Shown here: piece after piece, positions 27,290 to 41,822 of the stretch | How positions within the stretch are numbered: position 1 is the stretch's first letter | Layout: each line of letters starts with the position of its first letter | NCBI GenBank assembly: GCA_053919585.1 | Contig: CM132787.1 | Source of the DNA: Euprymna scolopes | Lineage: Eukaryota | Direction: 5' to 3' (one strand) | DNA length: 64,000 bases | Position numbers and translations under genes: made by a program | Notes under the pieces: model-generated | Database searches by the model: none | What the model was told of the DNA's origin: nothing | The model's input: only the letters and a program-made list of their open reading frames with translations

Positions 27290-28140
27290 AAAAAAATTCC
27301 ATTTTCATCCCCAACAAGACACAGTACCACTTTGATGTAGGGGTCTACTATCGGGGACATAAGTTGCAGGGATATTATGTAGGGAGTTGAGCAGCAAGAT
27401 GTCTATTAACATACACTTGAACTTCTGTATTTCAGTACAGTTGGGAAAACAGGAACTCGGAAGGGAGTTCCAGAGTCTAGCAGTTCTGGGGAAGAAGCTA
27501 TTAGAGTAAAAGGCTTTCTTACATCTAAGGATCTCTACTATGAAGGCGTGAGATTTTGCTGATTGTCAGGGTTGTCAGGGGTATTTACGTCGAGAGGGTG
27601 TAAAGCTAGAGCATTCACCATTAACCGATTACTTAAATACTTTTAGAGCAGGCAGAGGGATGCAACATTTCGTAGATGGGACAGAGATTGAAGCTTGGAT
27701 GACAGTTCAGGATCTATCAGGTTGGTGACTCTCTTTTGAACCTTGTCTAGGAGTGAGAGACTAGTAGCAGATTCACCAGCCCAAATATGACAACAATACT
27801 CCATACACAGGTGAATGGTGGCCTTATAGGTACAGGATACTTTCAGGCGTTAGTAGCTTTCTAGCATGGTAGAAAGAACCTACCTTCTTCGCAGCGGTCC
27901 TGGCAATACTCTCAATGTAATTGTTCCAACTCGTGTTCCCTGTGAATGTTAAGCTGAAGAGTTTGAAAGAAGTACTTTCAGGTAATGTGTCTTTAGTCAT
28001 AGCTATTGGTGGTTGGGAAGGTTTCTTGTAATTATTGAAGGAAACAAGCTTAGCCTTAGCAGCATTGAATGTGACCATCTATTTATGTCCCCGTTCCACT
28101 ACATATTAGAGGTCTTTTTCTAGTGTTTCTGCCATTTCTG
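27290..28140 (-). mobile_element. CR1/Zenon LINE 3' fragment, tail-to-tail with the previous copy
   Basis: ORF 27824-28078 matches the 749-aa ORF; 3' UTR at 27295-27380. Confidence 0.9.
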
Positions 28141-28912
28141 ACTCAATTTAACGACAGTGTAAGTCAAAGGTAATATGGGTTTGGGATTTGAAACAAGCGA
28201 TAGCGCCATGATGGTATGCATTTATATCTGGAATTAACTATCAATTAATAAAAGTTTAAATGTAATGTAAACTAATATCTTAATCGTTCTTAAGCATGGT
28301 CTCAATTACTAGCCCCCTACGTCCAAGTGGCAATATGACTTATTAGGAGTGAATGTGAGTTAAAAAAAATAGTATGTGTATTTGTGCATAAAACTAATAC
28401 ATTAGATAATAGTTTTGAAAAAACTTTTGAAAAATTAAAATTTATTTTTATACATGTACGTGACAGATCTGTGTATTTTATAAGAAAGGCAAAAAAAAAA
28501 AAAAAAAAAAAAAATGAACGTAGCCGCTAATATTGGTATATGCATATACAATAGTTTACATATTTAAAATTGTACAAAATACATTGAACATAGACTAAAG
28601 ACTTTAAGGGGAGATAACCTAGATTGTTGAAAAAAGAGTTATGCACCTTTATTTTAAATCGGTTTATAAAATCTGAATGAGCTTTGATTATATTTCAAGT
28701 TTCTGCTGTCTTACTGAAATCGAAAAGGTTTTACATTTAAGTAATCGGTTTATTATTCGAATAACATCAAGTTTTCGACGAGACAAAATAATTTATATAG
28801 TTCAAAAGTATTGACAAATTGTTAAACATTCTCACGGTAATCGTATTGGAAATAAGTTGTTGAAAATATCTTACAAAGTATAAGAATGTAATCTACACAT
28901 ATACGCTCACAA

Positions 28913-28963
<51 letters not shown>

Positions 28964-29130
28964 AGTATACAAGTTGGATTCAACAAAAATTTGTTCCACC
29001 AAGGCCGCAACTGAACTCCACAAAATACATGTTACAATATTTTAGTTTTCGTATTGAGTTGCTGAATGAAACTGAGATGTAAAAATAGTAATAATAATAT
29101 TCTTCAACTCTAATCTTCATTGACCGTTCC

Positions 29131-29161
<31 letters not shown>

Positions 29162-29756
29162 TTTCTCTCAACTAAAAAAAAACAAAAAAACAAAAAGCAA
29201 ACAAAAATACTGCAGAGTGTTTTCCCCTTCATTCGTTTTCACAACAGTAATTATCCTCATATGCAAATTAATGCCACATGTATGTTAATAAACCGTCTAT
29301 AGACAATAGTTTTTATTTTCTCTTTCCTTTATTGAATCCGTCACCTTGCAGGATAGACAGAGACGCTGTGGCTTGTGTAAGTCACGTTTTTCATTACTTT
29401 CGCTACAGTTGTGTTTGAAGAAATCCATTTTAATTTTTCTAATTAACAATTTAGTCTCCAAATGTCGCATTTCATCCAGTTTCATCTCTATTTATCTTTT
29501 GAAATCTTTAGTAGCAGAAAACTAATTCTAAAACAGAAGATTGACTTTAATTTCTATTAAAAATAGGAAATATCATCACAACTACTGAAACTATTTGATT
29601 CGCAACCTGAAGAAGCCATTTCTGGTTTTGGTTTTCTTTGTTTTATACATTTGACTGACTTTGCAAACTTTTTATCGGAGGAGTCTCGGAGGCTACAGAT
29701 TTGAGCATGCATTGAGAGTACTTTCTACCCCCCGACAATATGACCTCCATTGGACC

Positions 29757-29812
<56 letters not shown>

Positions 29813-30016
29813 GTAGTAGTAGTAGTAGTAGTAGCAGTAGTGGTATTTACTAGTTCTCAAACAGGTTATAATCAGTGATTACTCATTGATGATAATCCTT
29901 GTTGTTTCTTTTTACCTTCGTTGCAAATGGTCTTCTCGGCTGTCTTGCATTGTATTATCTCAATATTCCTTTAGATTCAAGTTTTCTTTTTCCATATTCT
30001 TTTGTATTGCTTGTAG

Positions 30017-30430
30017 TGTCATCTAAGCTTCAGCCTCTGTCCCATCAACGAAATGTTGCATCCCTCTGCCTGTTCTACAAGTATTTTAATGGTGAATGCT
30101 CTGACGAACTACAAGCACTTTTATCCCCTTCGATGTAAATACTCCCGACAAACCCGACTAACAGCTAAATCCCACCCCTACACAGTAGAGATCCCTAGAT
30201 GTAAGAGAGCTTTCTACTCCAGTAGTTTCTTCCCCAGAACTGCTAGACTTTGGAACTCCCTTCCGGGTCCCTGCTTCCTCAACTGTACTAACGTGCAGAA
30301 GTTCAAGTGTAATATGAACAAACATCTTGCTGCCCAACTCCCTACATAGTACCCCTGTAGCTTATGCTCCCTACATCATAGTGGCAATATGCCTTGTTTG
30401 GGGTGAAAATATAATAAAAATTTAAAAAAA
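30017..30430 (+). mobile_element. CR1/Zenon LINE 3' end
   Basis: SKLQPLSHQRNVASLCLFYKYF...FKCNMNKHLAAQLPT, followed by 3' UTR. Confidence 0.9.
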
Positions 30431-30593
30431 AGTGCTTTTACTATTATTGTTATAAATGTAATATATGTTATATATATGTAATATAGGTTATATATGTTAG
30501 ATATATTATATATATGTAATATATGTTATATATATGTAATATATGTTATATATATTATATATATCTAATATAGGTTATATATATGTATTATAT

Positions 30594-30626
<33 letters not shown>

Positions 30627-30627
<1 letters not shown>

Positions 30628-31019
30628 CTATATATCTATAAAAATGAAAATAAAAATGTGTGCGCGCGCGTGTGTACACTTCCCTACCAAATAACTCTGT
30701 CAATTTTCCGTCTACAGACTCGAGATTGGACACAAGGGGTATTGAGATTTGATAAAATCTTTTTAATAGGTTTTCGGACAGAAATTTTGCTGTTAAGGGG
30801 TCAAAGTTCAACGATTTGACCATTGAGAACTCTACCAAACTCCTCCGCCAATCTTGGGTTTAAACCCTTGAAATTTTAGATATAGGTTACTTAGACATGG
30901 ATCTAACTTTATAAGTTGATTTGAACCCAAATTAAATTAAACTTTTTACGTAACCTGACGAATAATTTTGGTTTCTTGCAAACCAATTTGTCTGAAATAT
31001 TAGCAGGTTCAGTGTAGCG
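30627..31019 (+). mobile_element. Non-autonomous Helitron (sister of 58750-59209), running into a gap
   Basis: 5' TCTATA...AAAA start; body alignable by eye with 58760-59060. Confidence 0.7.
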
Positions 31020-31161
31020 NNNNNNNNNNNNNNNNNNNNNNNNNNNNNNNNNNNNNNNNNNNNNNNNNNNNNNNNNNNNNNNNNNNNNNNNNNNNNNNNN
31101 NNNNNNNNNNNNNNNNNNNNNNNNNNNNNNNNNNNNNNNNNNNNNNNNNNNNNNNNNNNNN

Positions 31162-31589
31162 GGACAGCCCGGCTTTGTCCGAGCATAAAATACGCTTAAA
31201 TATGATATTTTAATTTGTCCAGATTTCGCATATATTATTATAGAAGCGTAATTTCAAAAGTAAAAAAAGAAATATTTGGATGCCATCAGCTAGAATCAAA
31301 ATCAAAACTGTAGCATTCAAAGCTGGTGACGTTACCACTATACCAACGTGACACACATATGAACTGAATAAAAATTAAAAATTAAAATAAACTAATATGA
31401 ATGTACAAAATGTATAACGATTTTTTATTCAATTTTGACCCATTTTTGACCCCTTAAAAACTTTTGTAACCTGCTAAAAACCAATAAAAGAACGCCCCAT
31501 AAAATATCCAATCATTTGAGGCCCTAACACCGCTCTGCGACTTTTAGTTTCGGAGAGACAGACAGACATATAGTCTTTTATATATTAGA
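31162..31589 (-). mobile_element. Non-autonomous Helitron carrying a decayed tRNA-like segment
   Basis: 5' TCTAATATATAAAAG, 3' GC hairpin next to the gap; TGGTATAGTGG A box on the minus strand at ~31335-31345. Confidence 0.6.
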
Positions 31590-34535
31590 TATATAATATA
31601 TGTTATATATATGTAATATATGTTATATATATGTAATATATGTTATATGTGTAATATATGTTATATATATGTGATATATGTTATATATATGGTATATATA
31701 TATATGTTAGGTATGTAATATATGTAATATATATATAATATGTGTTATATATACATGTAATATATGTTATATAGATGTAATGTATATTATATAGATGTAA
31801 TATATATGTTATATATATGAAATATATGTTATATGTGTAATATATGCTATATATATGTGATATATGTTATATATATGTGATGTATGTTATATATATGTAG
31901 TATATGTTATATATATGTGAAATATATATGTAATATATGTTATATGTATATATATATATGCTATATATATAATATATATTTTATATCTTATATATTTTTT
32001 TGGAAAAAGATTTCCGCCTCAACAGTAAAATATTAAACAAACTGTTTAACTGGAAAATTATTTTACTGAAAACGATTGATTAATATCAAAATATAAAAAA
32101 GAAGATACTAGAATTAAAAAAATATTTTATTTACACTAAATCAGATGTTCCTTATGAACTAATGAAAATGAAATTGACATTTTTTTTTTGCATTTTTTAA
32201 GATTTATAAATATTTATAAATTCTCTCATTATAAAAATACGATTATTATTGGTATATATATTATATTTATGCAATATTTATATATGTGTATGTTATATAT
32301 ATGTGTGTATGGTATATATATATATGTGTGTATGTTATATATATGTGTATGTTATATGTATGTGTATGTTATATGTATGTGCATGTTATATACATGTGTA
32401 TGTTATATGNNNNNNNNNNNNNNNNNNNNNNNNNNNNNNNNNNNNNNNNNNNNNNNNNNNNNNNNNNNNNNNNNNNNNNNNNNNNNNNNNNNNNNNNNNN
32501 NNNNNNNNNNNNNNNNNNNNNNNNNNNNNNNNNNNNNNNNTATGTTATATATATATGTGTATGTTATATGTATGTGTGTATGTTATATATATGTGTGTAT
32601 GTTATATATCTGTGTATGTTATATATACATGAGTATGTTATATATGTGAGTATGTTATATATCTGTGTATGTTATATATATGTGTGTATTATATATATAT
32701 GTGTATGTTATTTATATGTGTATGTTATATGTATGTGTGTATGTTATATATATGTGTATGTTATATGTATGTGTGTATGTTATATGTATGTGTGTATGTT
32801 ATATATATGTATGTTATAGATGTGTGTATGTTATATATCCGTGTATGTTATATATATGTGTGTATGTTATATATCTGTGTATGTTATATATATGTGTGTG
32901 TATGTTATATATATGTATGTTATATATATGTGTATGTAATATGTATGTGTGTATGTTATATATATATATGTATGTTATATATATATGTGTGTATGTTATA
33001 TATGTGTGTATGTTATATATATATGTGTGTGTATGTTATATATGTGTGTATGTTATATATATGTGTATGTTATATATGTGTATGTTATATATATGTGTAT
33101 GTTATATGTATGTGTGTACTTTATATATATGTGTGTATGTTATATATATGTGTGTATGTTATATTTCTGTGTATGTTATATGTACATGTGTATGTTATAT
33201 GTTTGTGTGTACGTTATATATATGTGTGTGTATGTTATATATATGTGTATGTTATATATACATGTGTATGTTATATATGTGAGTATGTTATATATCTGTG
33301 TATGTTATATATATGTGTGTATTTTATATATATGTGTATGTTATTTATATGTGTATGTTATATTTATGTGTGTATGTTATATATATATGCGTATGTTATA
33401 TGTATGTGTGTATGTTATATATATGTATGTAATATATGTGTGTATGTTATATATCCGTGTATGTTATATATATGTGTGTATGTTATATATNNNNNNNNNN
33501 NNNNNNNNNNNNNNNNNNNNNNNNNNNNNNNNNNNNNNNNNNNNNNNNNNNNNNNNNNNNNNNNNNNNNNNNNNNNNNNNNNNNNNNNNNNNNNNNNNNN
33601 NNNNNNNNNNNNNNNNNNNNNNNNNNNNNNNNNNNNNNNNNNNNNNNNNNNNNNNNNNNNNNNNNNNNNNNNNNNNNNNNNNNNNNNNTGTGTGTGTATG
33701 TTACATATATGTGTATGTTATACATATGTGTATGTTATATATATATGTGTATGTTATATATATGTGTATGTTATATATATGTGTGTATGTTATATATATA
33801 TGTGTATGTTATATATATGTGTGTGTATGTTATATATGCGTGTATGTTATATGTATGTGTGTATGTTATATATGTGTGTATGTTATATATATGTGTGTAT
33901 GTTATATATATATGTATGTTATATATATGTGTATGTTATATATATGTGTGTATGTTATATATGTGTGTGTACGTTATATATATGTGTGTGCATGTTATAT
34001 ATATGTGTATGTTATATGTATGTGTGTATGTTATATATGTGTGTATGTTATGTATATGTGTGTATGTACTATATATATGTGTATGTTGTATATGTGTGTG
34101 TATGTTATATATGTGAGTATGTTATATATACGTGTATGTTATATATATGTGTGTATGTTATATATATGTGTATGTTATATATATGTGTGTATATGTTATA
34201 TATATATGTGTATGTTATATATATGTGTGTATTTTAGATATATGCGTGTATGTTATATATATGTGTGTGTTATATATACGTGTGTATGTTACATATATGT
34301 GTGTATGTTATATATGTGTGTTTATTATATATATGTGTGTATGTTATATATATGTGTATGTTATATATATACGTATGTTATATATATGTGTGTATGTTAT
34401 ATATATGTTTGTGTTATATATATGTGTGTATGTTATATGTATATGTGTATGTTATATATTTGTATGTTATATATGTGTATGTTATATATATGTGTATGTT
34501 ATATGTATATGTGTATGTTATATATTTGTGTGTTA
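31590..34535. repeat. Compound TA/TG-derived satellite (TGTATGTTATATATATG variants) with gaps
   Basis: Read directly; explains all the YICVCM-type ORFs. Confidence 0.95.
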
Positions 34536-35164
34536 TCATGAAATAATTTTCTACATTTACTTTTTCTTTTCTCACTATGTTTGTTTCTTGTTTAGTATCT
34601 CCCTATTTTGTTCCTATTCCTATTCCTTGCTACGATAATACACCTTTCTGTTTGTTCTGGTTTATATACTTGTTTGTTATATATTATTATATATTTATTG
34701 TTATATATATTATATTATACATGGTTATATATACTTCTATTGTTTTTGCAATCCACACAGTTTAATTATTAGTCCACTTCCCACTTTTTCTCCTTTGTAC
34801 GTATTTTACGAATTTTGAACAATGCAGACAGTTCTGAATGATCTCATATTATTCGTTAATTATGACATGTATAGATATTTTTTTATCACAAAATTTGAGA
34901 AATAAGGGAATTAAATCGCAATCAAGAGATTCTGCAATCTGTCATGGATAATATTTTGGAAAGAACACAAATATGCTAAGTGGAAAATTGACAACATTTT
35001 AAAGACATTATTTTTATAAATAAAGACTAATTGAATTTCGCATTGTTTTTATTTAATTCCCCAATGTGTTAGTCAGATCGTGTTCAAATTACAGACGCAT
35101 ATAATAAAAAATAAAGAATTTATTTAAATTCAAAATCCTTCAGTGACTTTTGGACACCCTGTCT

Positions 35165-35980
35165 CTATGATTTATATGTTAAATCGCAACTCTTAACTAA
35201 TTGTTGTTTAAGGTTTACATGTGTTTGGACAGGTGCACAATGGAACCTGTTGAATGTTGCACAGTGATCCAGTTTTTGTATTTGAAAAGATGTACAAAAG
35301 ACTTTTGATGAAAGGAAAAAGTAATTATGCGAATATTATATGACCTTGTAAAATTATGCGAATATTATATGACCTTGTAAAATTATGCAAATATTATATG
35401 ACCTTGTAAAATTATGCAATTATTATATGACCTTGTAAATCGCTGACATTGTGATTTCAAGCTTGGCTGGAAATCTGTGCAAATAGCTCCCAGACCTGGT
35501 TGACTCCATCTTCTACCATCGTAGAGGCGTGTATCAGTCAATTTCAGGTTCGGAGATCGACACATAACTATTCACTAAATAGCGCAGGAGATCAAGATTA
35601 GTACAAGATCAATGGAAACTCTCATTCATCACCATTTGCATATGCGTAAGTCGTTTGCCAAATAGAATCACAGGTTACTGACATCTTGCCAGAAATGAGA
35701 AAGCGTCGAGATAAATTTGGAGATGTGCCAAGAAGACAAGTCAAGTTTTTCCAGAAGACTGATGGCACAGGATGAAACATGGGTCTATAACTTTGATCCA
35801 TACACCAAAACCTAGTCAATACAGTGGAATCACTTGGACTAACCATATTCAAAGAAGTATTAGCACAGCCTTCTACTGGCAAGGTCATGCTCATAGGGAC
35901 CAGGACAGATTTGTGATGGTAGATTTCCTGACAAAGAGTATCAGAATAACAGGAGCCTATTATGCTTCACTTTTGAGATG
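35165..35980 (+). mobile_element. Decayed mariner, same family as 48943-50230
   Basis: ATGGAACCTGTTGAATGT start, QDETWV motif, GAYYASLLR. Confidence 0.85.
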
Positions 35981-36030
35981 AAATATGAAATGATTTTAGG
36001 TGATTTTGTTCCCTGCATTCAAGGAAATGC

Positions 36031-36097
<67 letters not shown>

Positions 36098-36481
36098 CAC
36101 GAAGAGTGTTTTAGCTTAGGTTAATAGGAGCCTGTTCAATTTGCAATTTGTCTTTTGACTGTTTTTGAGTTTTTAAAGGAATTTCTAAGTTCGCGTCGGC
36201 TTATTATTTTTACGTAAACTTTTCTTTTGGTGGTTTGCAACGATTTTCATACCGGGAGTTAAAAAAAAACTTACTTGCTTTCTGAGAATGACTACGAAAG
36301 CGAGTTTGAACGAGAAACTGGAAAGAAAGAAGGCAGCAATTAGAGTTATTTGCTTTGTAGTGTTCTTAGGAATCACTTTCTGATTCAGTCACAATAATGT
36401 AAAACATATTTAACCCATAAAAACATATTTAACCCATAAAAAGATATGCATAATCATATTCATTCTTAAGAATCGATGGAC

Positions 36482-36950
36482 TCATTCTATGCCGTAAACC
36501 TGAGAGTATCCCTGAGCAACAAATCTCGCCTTGTACTGTTCAACGCCTGACGTAAAGATCCATCGAGAAGAAATTACATGTTTATAGTTTTGGGGAAGCA
36601 CTACCGAATAAGTACTATTTTCTGTTAATGCATCTATTTCATTGTTCAGTGCCATTCTCCATTGCTGACAATACTCTGAATTGATTGCTTCGTTAAAGCC
36701 TTTTGGCGTATTATCCGTGTAATAGCAGTAGTCGACTTGATAATCAACCAAATTGTCACCCCCCCCCACTAAAAAAAAAAAACAAAAACAAAAAAACATC
36801 CGGTCGTGTCCTCTACTTCTTTTGGGGTAACGTTTTGATGAATTTCCAATTTTAACATCAGCATCATCGCTGTCATCATCATAAATACTCTTGTCCTCGT
36901 CAGCATCGACTTCATTGTCGTCACTTGATTTGTGAATTTAGGAAAATATT
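36482..36950 (-). mobile_element. Ty1/Copia RT N-terminal relic
   Basis: PKGFNEAI..WRMALNNEIDALTENSTY..SRWIF..YKARFVAQGYSQVYGI. Confidence 0.85.
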
Positions 36951-37770
36951 AATTTTATATAATGGGTCTTCGTCTATAAAATTAAACGTGTCTGTGAATG
37001 TTACACATCGGATTTTTGTTATTATTTTCATGCATAACTGTTTTTTTTTAGACTTAAAAAAAATGTTTTACTCAACAAAATTAAAATCGATATTCACAAC
37101 TTCACTTGCCTTATCTTTAAATCCCATTCGCACATTTTACGATGGTAATAACTGTTTGCTTTCGGTGTAGTTTGCTTCTTTGCACGTGTGTCATCATTTG
37201 GAACCTGTCAAGGGACGTGTCTTCTTACTAGTACATAACAGATTTCTAATCTATTTTTAATCTACATTTTGTCTAAAGCATCCGATAAGTCGTCAACAGT
37301 CTTATCTATGGAAAGCAAATCTCATCCTCCTCATCATCCGCCATCTTGTCATTGACGATCTGCAAAAGTGGTCACATTGCAAACACTTGCGACGCAGTTG
37401 GCATTGAAGCATCGAAAGATTTTATTTTCGTTTTATTTGATAAAGGGGCGACAAGAGTTTTTTGTTTGTTCTTTTTATTTTTTGTACAGAACAATTTTCA
37501 CGCTTGTTGAAAAAATGACAGAAATAGCTTAGCATATTCTTATCCATGTATTTTTCTAATGAGTGTTTTCTCTGAACATATTTTCTTAACTAGACAAAAA
37601 AAATTACGAGATAATAGATAAAAAAGTAATCATTTACAGTATTAAGTACATTCATAAGTAATTATTTACTTTTTTGGAAAGTAAATAATTAGAAACAAAA
37701 TATATAAAATCCTAAAAAATGTATCATTATTAAAATAAATAAAGCATTGATTGTATAATAAACAATTTAA

Positions 37771-37797
37771 CACTGATGAGTTGTGGTATAGCGAAAC

Positions 37798-37802
<5 letters not shown>
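37771..37802 (+). ncRNA. Truncated hammerhead-like motif
   Basis: CTGATGA-GTTGT(GGT)ATAGC-GAAA-CATTTC, then (AT)n. Confidence 0.45.
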
Positions 37803-37870
<68 letters not shown>

Positions 37871-39475
37871 CTACTTCATTTACTCACATAAAATTAATAT
37901 ACGAAAGTATAGATTTATGCGTAAACTTTAAGTATTTACTTCAAAAGTATGTAGGTAGAGCTAGTTTGTAATTTATAAAATATATATGGCGATTAAGCTA
38001 CACTGAATATTCGGCGTTTCATACTAGTTTTATTTTGATGTCTTTAACTGCCCCCCCCTATTTTTGCTGATGAGAAGACTTTGGTTTTAAAAGCCAAAAC
38101 TTTTGTCAAATTATTGTCAAAAAGTGCCACGTGCTGAACAGTCATTTTTAGATCACCAAAGATGAAAACGAGAAATGGTCATAGGGACAGTTAACAAGGA
38201 GGCTAATGAATCTTTAAGACAAAAAAGAATTTGAAATAAAAAAACGAAAGCAGTAAATAAAGTTGCCATACTAGATGAAGGACCTTCAACAAGATTAGAT
38301 CACATCAGTAATTCAGTTCAAACTCGGATTCTTCTTCTGAGGACATTTATGAAGATGAAGAATCACATAGAGCATCTAAAAATATGACGTCACTTCCTAC
38401 TTTGGCCAGAGAATGTGACAGATATGGTGTTTTGAATACAGTTGGTGCTGCGATGGCACAGCTACTATTAATGATTATGGAAGAATGACTGAAATTGACA
38501 AAACGTAGGCAGTTGATTGATCGAAATTGTGGAGAGAACACGAACGTCTGAGAAGCCAACTTAGAGATAGTGCCTCAGAAGAACTTCAGGCATTTTTTGA
38601 TGGAAGAAAAGATGTTATTAGATGTCTCCCATTTGTGAACACGAAGTGTCGAATTACAAGTGGATCATCTGCTAACATTTTTACTGCTATGACTAATTTT
38701 TTTGATGAAAATGTCTCTAAATGATGTAAGGGCTGTAGGATGTGATGGAACAGCAATAAATACAGGATCCCACAATGGCGTAATTCGATGACTTGAGGTG
38801 CATATAAATAGACCCCTTCAGTGGCTGGTTTGCAGGATGCATAGGAATGAATTACCTCTTAGAAGCATCTTCAGCTTTTTGGATGGCACAACAAGTGGTC
38901 CTAGTGCTTTCAGTTGAAAAATTGGTAAAGCTCTTATCACGCGTCAATTGCTAGCAATTGTTGAATTTGAAGCCATAAATGGAAACTTACCAGAGTTTAA
39001 AGATCAAAAATACCTGCATGATATTTGTATGGCTGTCAACAATGGTGTTGTACCATCATTTCCTGCATTAAAAGAACCAGGAGCCATGGTGCATTCAAGG
39101 TGGTTAACTATGGCCAATAGAATTCTGAGACTGTATATTTTTATCTTGAATTCATCGGAGGAGTTAAAGATCATGGCAGAATATATAATGGAAGTGTATG
39201 CTTCAACTTGGTTTAGCATTAAACTGAGACCCCAATAACATTCCATAGAATATGGAGCTCAACACCTGTGGAATGTTATTCATCTCTCCATGTACCTTCC
39301 AGAAAATGTTCGAAAATCAGTCGATAAATGTATTCAGTATAACGAGTCATCCATTCTGTTAGCAATGATGAAAGATGAAATAGAAGAAATAGAAGGAGAA
39401 TTGCAAGATCAAGAGAAGTGAAAACTAAAGGAGTAACAAAGTTCCAAATTTCAACATTGAATTTCAATGCTGACG

Positions 39476-39811
39476 ACTATTATGAATATTTATATATATA
39501 ACTATTATGAATATTTATATATATAACTATTATGAATATTTATATATATAACTATTATGAATATTTATATATATAACTATTATGAATATTTATATATATA
39601 ACTATTATGAATATTTATATATATAACTATTATGAATATTTATATATATAACTATTATGAATATTTATATATATAACTATTATGAATATTTATATATATA
39701 ACTATTATGAATATTTATATATATAACCATTATGAATATTTATATATATAACTATTATGAATATTTATATATATAACTATTATGAATATTTATATATATA
39801 ACTATTATGAA
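39476..39811. repeat. 25-bp minisatellite, 13 copies (ACTATTATGAATATTTATATATATA)
   Basis: Period of 25, near-perfect copies. Confidence 0.95.
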
Positions 39812-40087
39812 ATGGTTGACTGGATCGAAATTCCGAGATGTGAACCTCCACTGACAAGAATTTTCAGGGATCATGAAATTGAGGAAGGCATCAGAAGCCG
39901 AATCAGTTTTTGAATTGGATAAGTTTCCCTGCCATACACAAGCATCAGCGACAGTGGATGGATACATTCATGCTAAGATTGAACCACGAAAGCAAATGGC
40001 TAAATACAACACAAAGAGAGACTGAAACGCTTAACTCCGATAGGCTCTCTGATTAAATCATTTCTCTCCGATAGGCTCATAAGAGTA

Positions 40088-41059
40088 GTGATTGATGGAC
40101 AAAAATCAGAGGCCTGCAGTATTAATGCTGGAGTCCCTCAAGGGTCAATCCTGCGCCCAACTCTCTTCCTGATCTACATCAATGATCTCCCTAAACACAT
40201 ACTTAAATCATTCGTTGACATCTATGCTGATGACACGACCATCTACGGTAACACATCAAAGGCTGTAAATGACAAAGCTCTCTCTGACTCTCTCTCCTCT
40301 GATCTCGAGCGCATGGTTCAGTGGGGGAAGTCGTGGCTGGTTACCTTTAATGCATCTAAAACCAAACTCCTATCTTTACATCATCAACGCTCTGATCCCC
40401 ATCTGGCATCAATTGAAATGGATGGCTCTCGTCTAGGAGAAGCCCTATGTTTTGACAAGCTTCTGGGTTTGTCCTTTACTCCTGATCTGAAATGGAACAC
40501 GTACATCAAGTCTGTTGCCAAGGTCGCTGGAAAGATGGTGGGATCCTTCTACCGCTCCAGAAGATATCTCACTACTGATGCAATTCTCTATCTATATAAA
40601 AGTCAAGTACGTCCAAGGATGGAATACTGCTGCCATATCTGGGCAGGAGCTGCTATAAACAGCCTATCCTGCCTTGACAGAGTACAAAATATACTTCGTG
40701 GCTTAGTGGGAGATGCCCTTTTCTCTACCCTGCAACCTCTTTCCCACAGAAGAGACGTTGCGAGCCTATCCTTGTTTTATCGTTATTTCAATGGCAGGTG
40801 CTCGTCTGAACTTCAATCTCTGGTCCCCCCTCGCCAATCCTTTACGAAAAACACCCGTCTAGCTGAATCCACTGTGAAAAATTTCCCCCACTCTTTATCT
40901 GTGCCTAAATCAAAGCGTAGATTCCATGAACAAAGCTTCTTTCTTAGAACTGCACGCCTGTGGAACTCTGTTCCGTCTGCCTGCTTCCCACCTGACTACA
41001 ACTTGGATGTCTTCAAGTCCAACGTTAATAAATTCCTAATGAACCGCCCTCTTAAGTAA
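40088..41059 (+). CDS. RT C-terminal half of a second CR1/Zenon LINE family (5'-truncated, ORF open)
   Basis: 323 aa: GVPQGSIL, YADD, QVRPRMEYCCHIWAGA, RTARLWNS. Confidence 0.9.
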   Translation: MIDGQKSEACSINAGVPQGSILRPTLFLIYINDLPKHILKSFVDIYADDTTIYGNTSKAVNDKALSDSLSSDLERMVQWGKSWLVTFNASKTKLLSLHHQRSDPHLASIEMDGSRLGEALCFDKLLGLSFTPDLKWNTYIKSVAKVAGKMVGSFYRSRRYLTTDAILYLYKSQVRPRMEYCCHIWAGAAINSLSCLDRVQNILRGLVGDALFSTLQPLSHRRDVASLSLFYRYFNGRCSSELQSLVPPRQSFTKNTRLAESTVKNFPHSLSVPKSKRRFHEQSFFLRTARLWNSVPSACFPPDYNLDVFKSNVNKFLMNRPLK

Positions 41060-41764
41060 ACACTTCATTAAATCTCCACACTATGGTATAACTGAGTCAT
41101 AAATTTTCTTTATTTAATTTATGCATTTGTAGTCAAATTTTCAACTTTTTGGCGGCAAAGGAAAATGTCTCTGAAAAATACTGAAACCTTTTCTAAATTT
41201 ACTTTTACATATAGCAGCAACTTTTAGCACTTTCGAAAAGCAAACTGTATATGTCACTACACCCTAATAGAGAGAGAGATAGATAGATGCTATTTTATTT
41301 TTTTTGCTTTTGCTATACGTTTTGAATGAATTCAATTATTTATACCAAAGTGCATTTTTACCTAAATGCGAGTTGGGAATAATTTTCCCTTTGACCAATT
41401 TAGTACCCCAAAAAGGGATGTTGAACAGTATGGAGTGTTTCTGCTTAATAATCTTTCTTATAATTTCTTCAGTTTTCGTATGGGCCTTCTAATATTTCGG
41501 TCGAATTTGTGTAAGAAAGTTGCATAGTCGTTTTCGTCGCTCTGTTTTTTTTTTGCAAGTTCGTTCAACTGATTTTCTTCAGTCGTCTTTTTTGAATATT
41601 GTTTAAAATCTGGATGCTTTTATATGCTTCAGTTTAAATTACATTTCAAATTAATTAAAATAGTGAATGGTTAAGAACGTAGCTAAAATAAATGTACAAT
41701 GGTTTAAAAGTGTCATTTACAAAATAGCATGGAAGTTACAATTACAACGTAGTTAAATTTTAAC

Positions 41765-41820
<56 letters not shown>

Positions 41821-41822
<2 letters not shown>

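Larger units (their letters stand above)
38100..41267 (+). mobile_element. hATm-type DNA transposon relic containing a minisatellite and a LINE
   Basis: VGCDGTAINTG..RPLQWLVC..H.NELPLR, HSRWLTMANRILRLY, FPCHTQA; right end CACTACACCCTAA. Confidence 0.78.

Noticed and set aside
32188-34638. Long ORFs of up to 530 aa (YICVCM-rich)
   Set aside because: They are translations of a TA/TG satellite, open in several frames and spanning N gaps.
38062-38112. HHR-like CTGATGA...AAAACTTTTGTC
   Set aside because: No GAAA, and stem II is not adjacent to the core.
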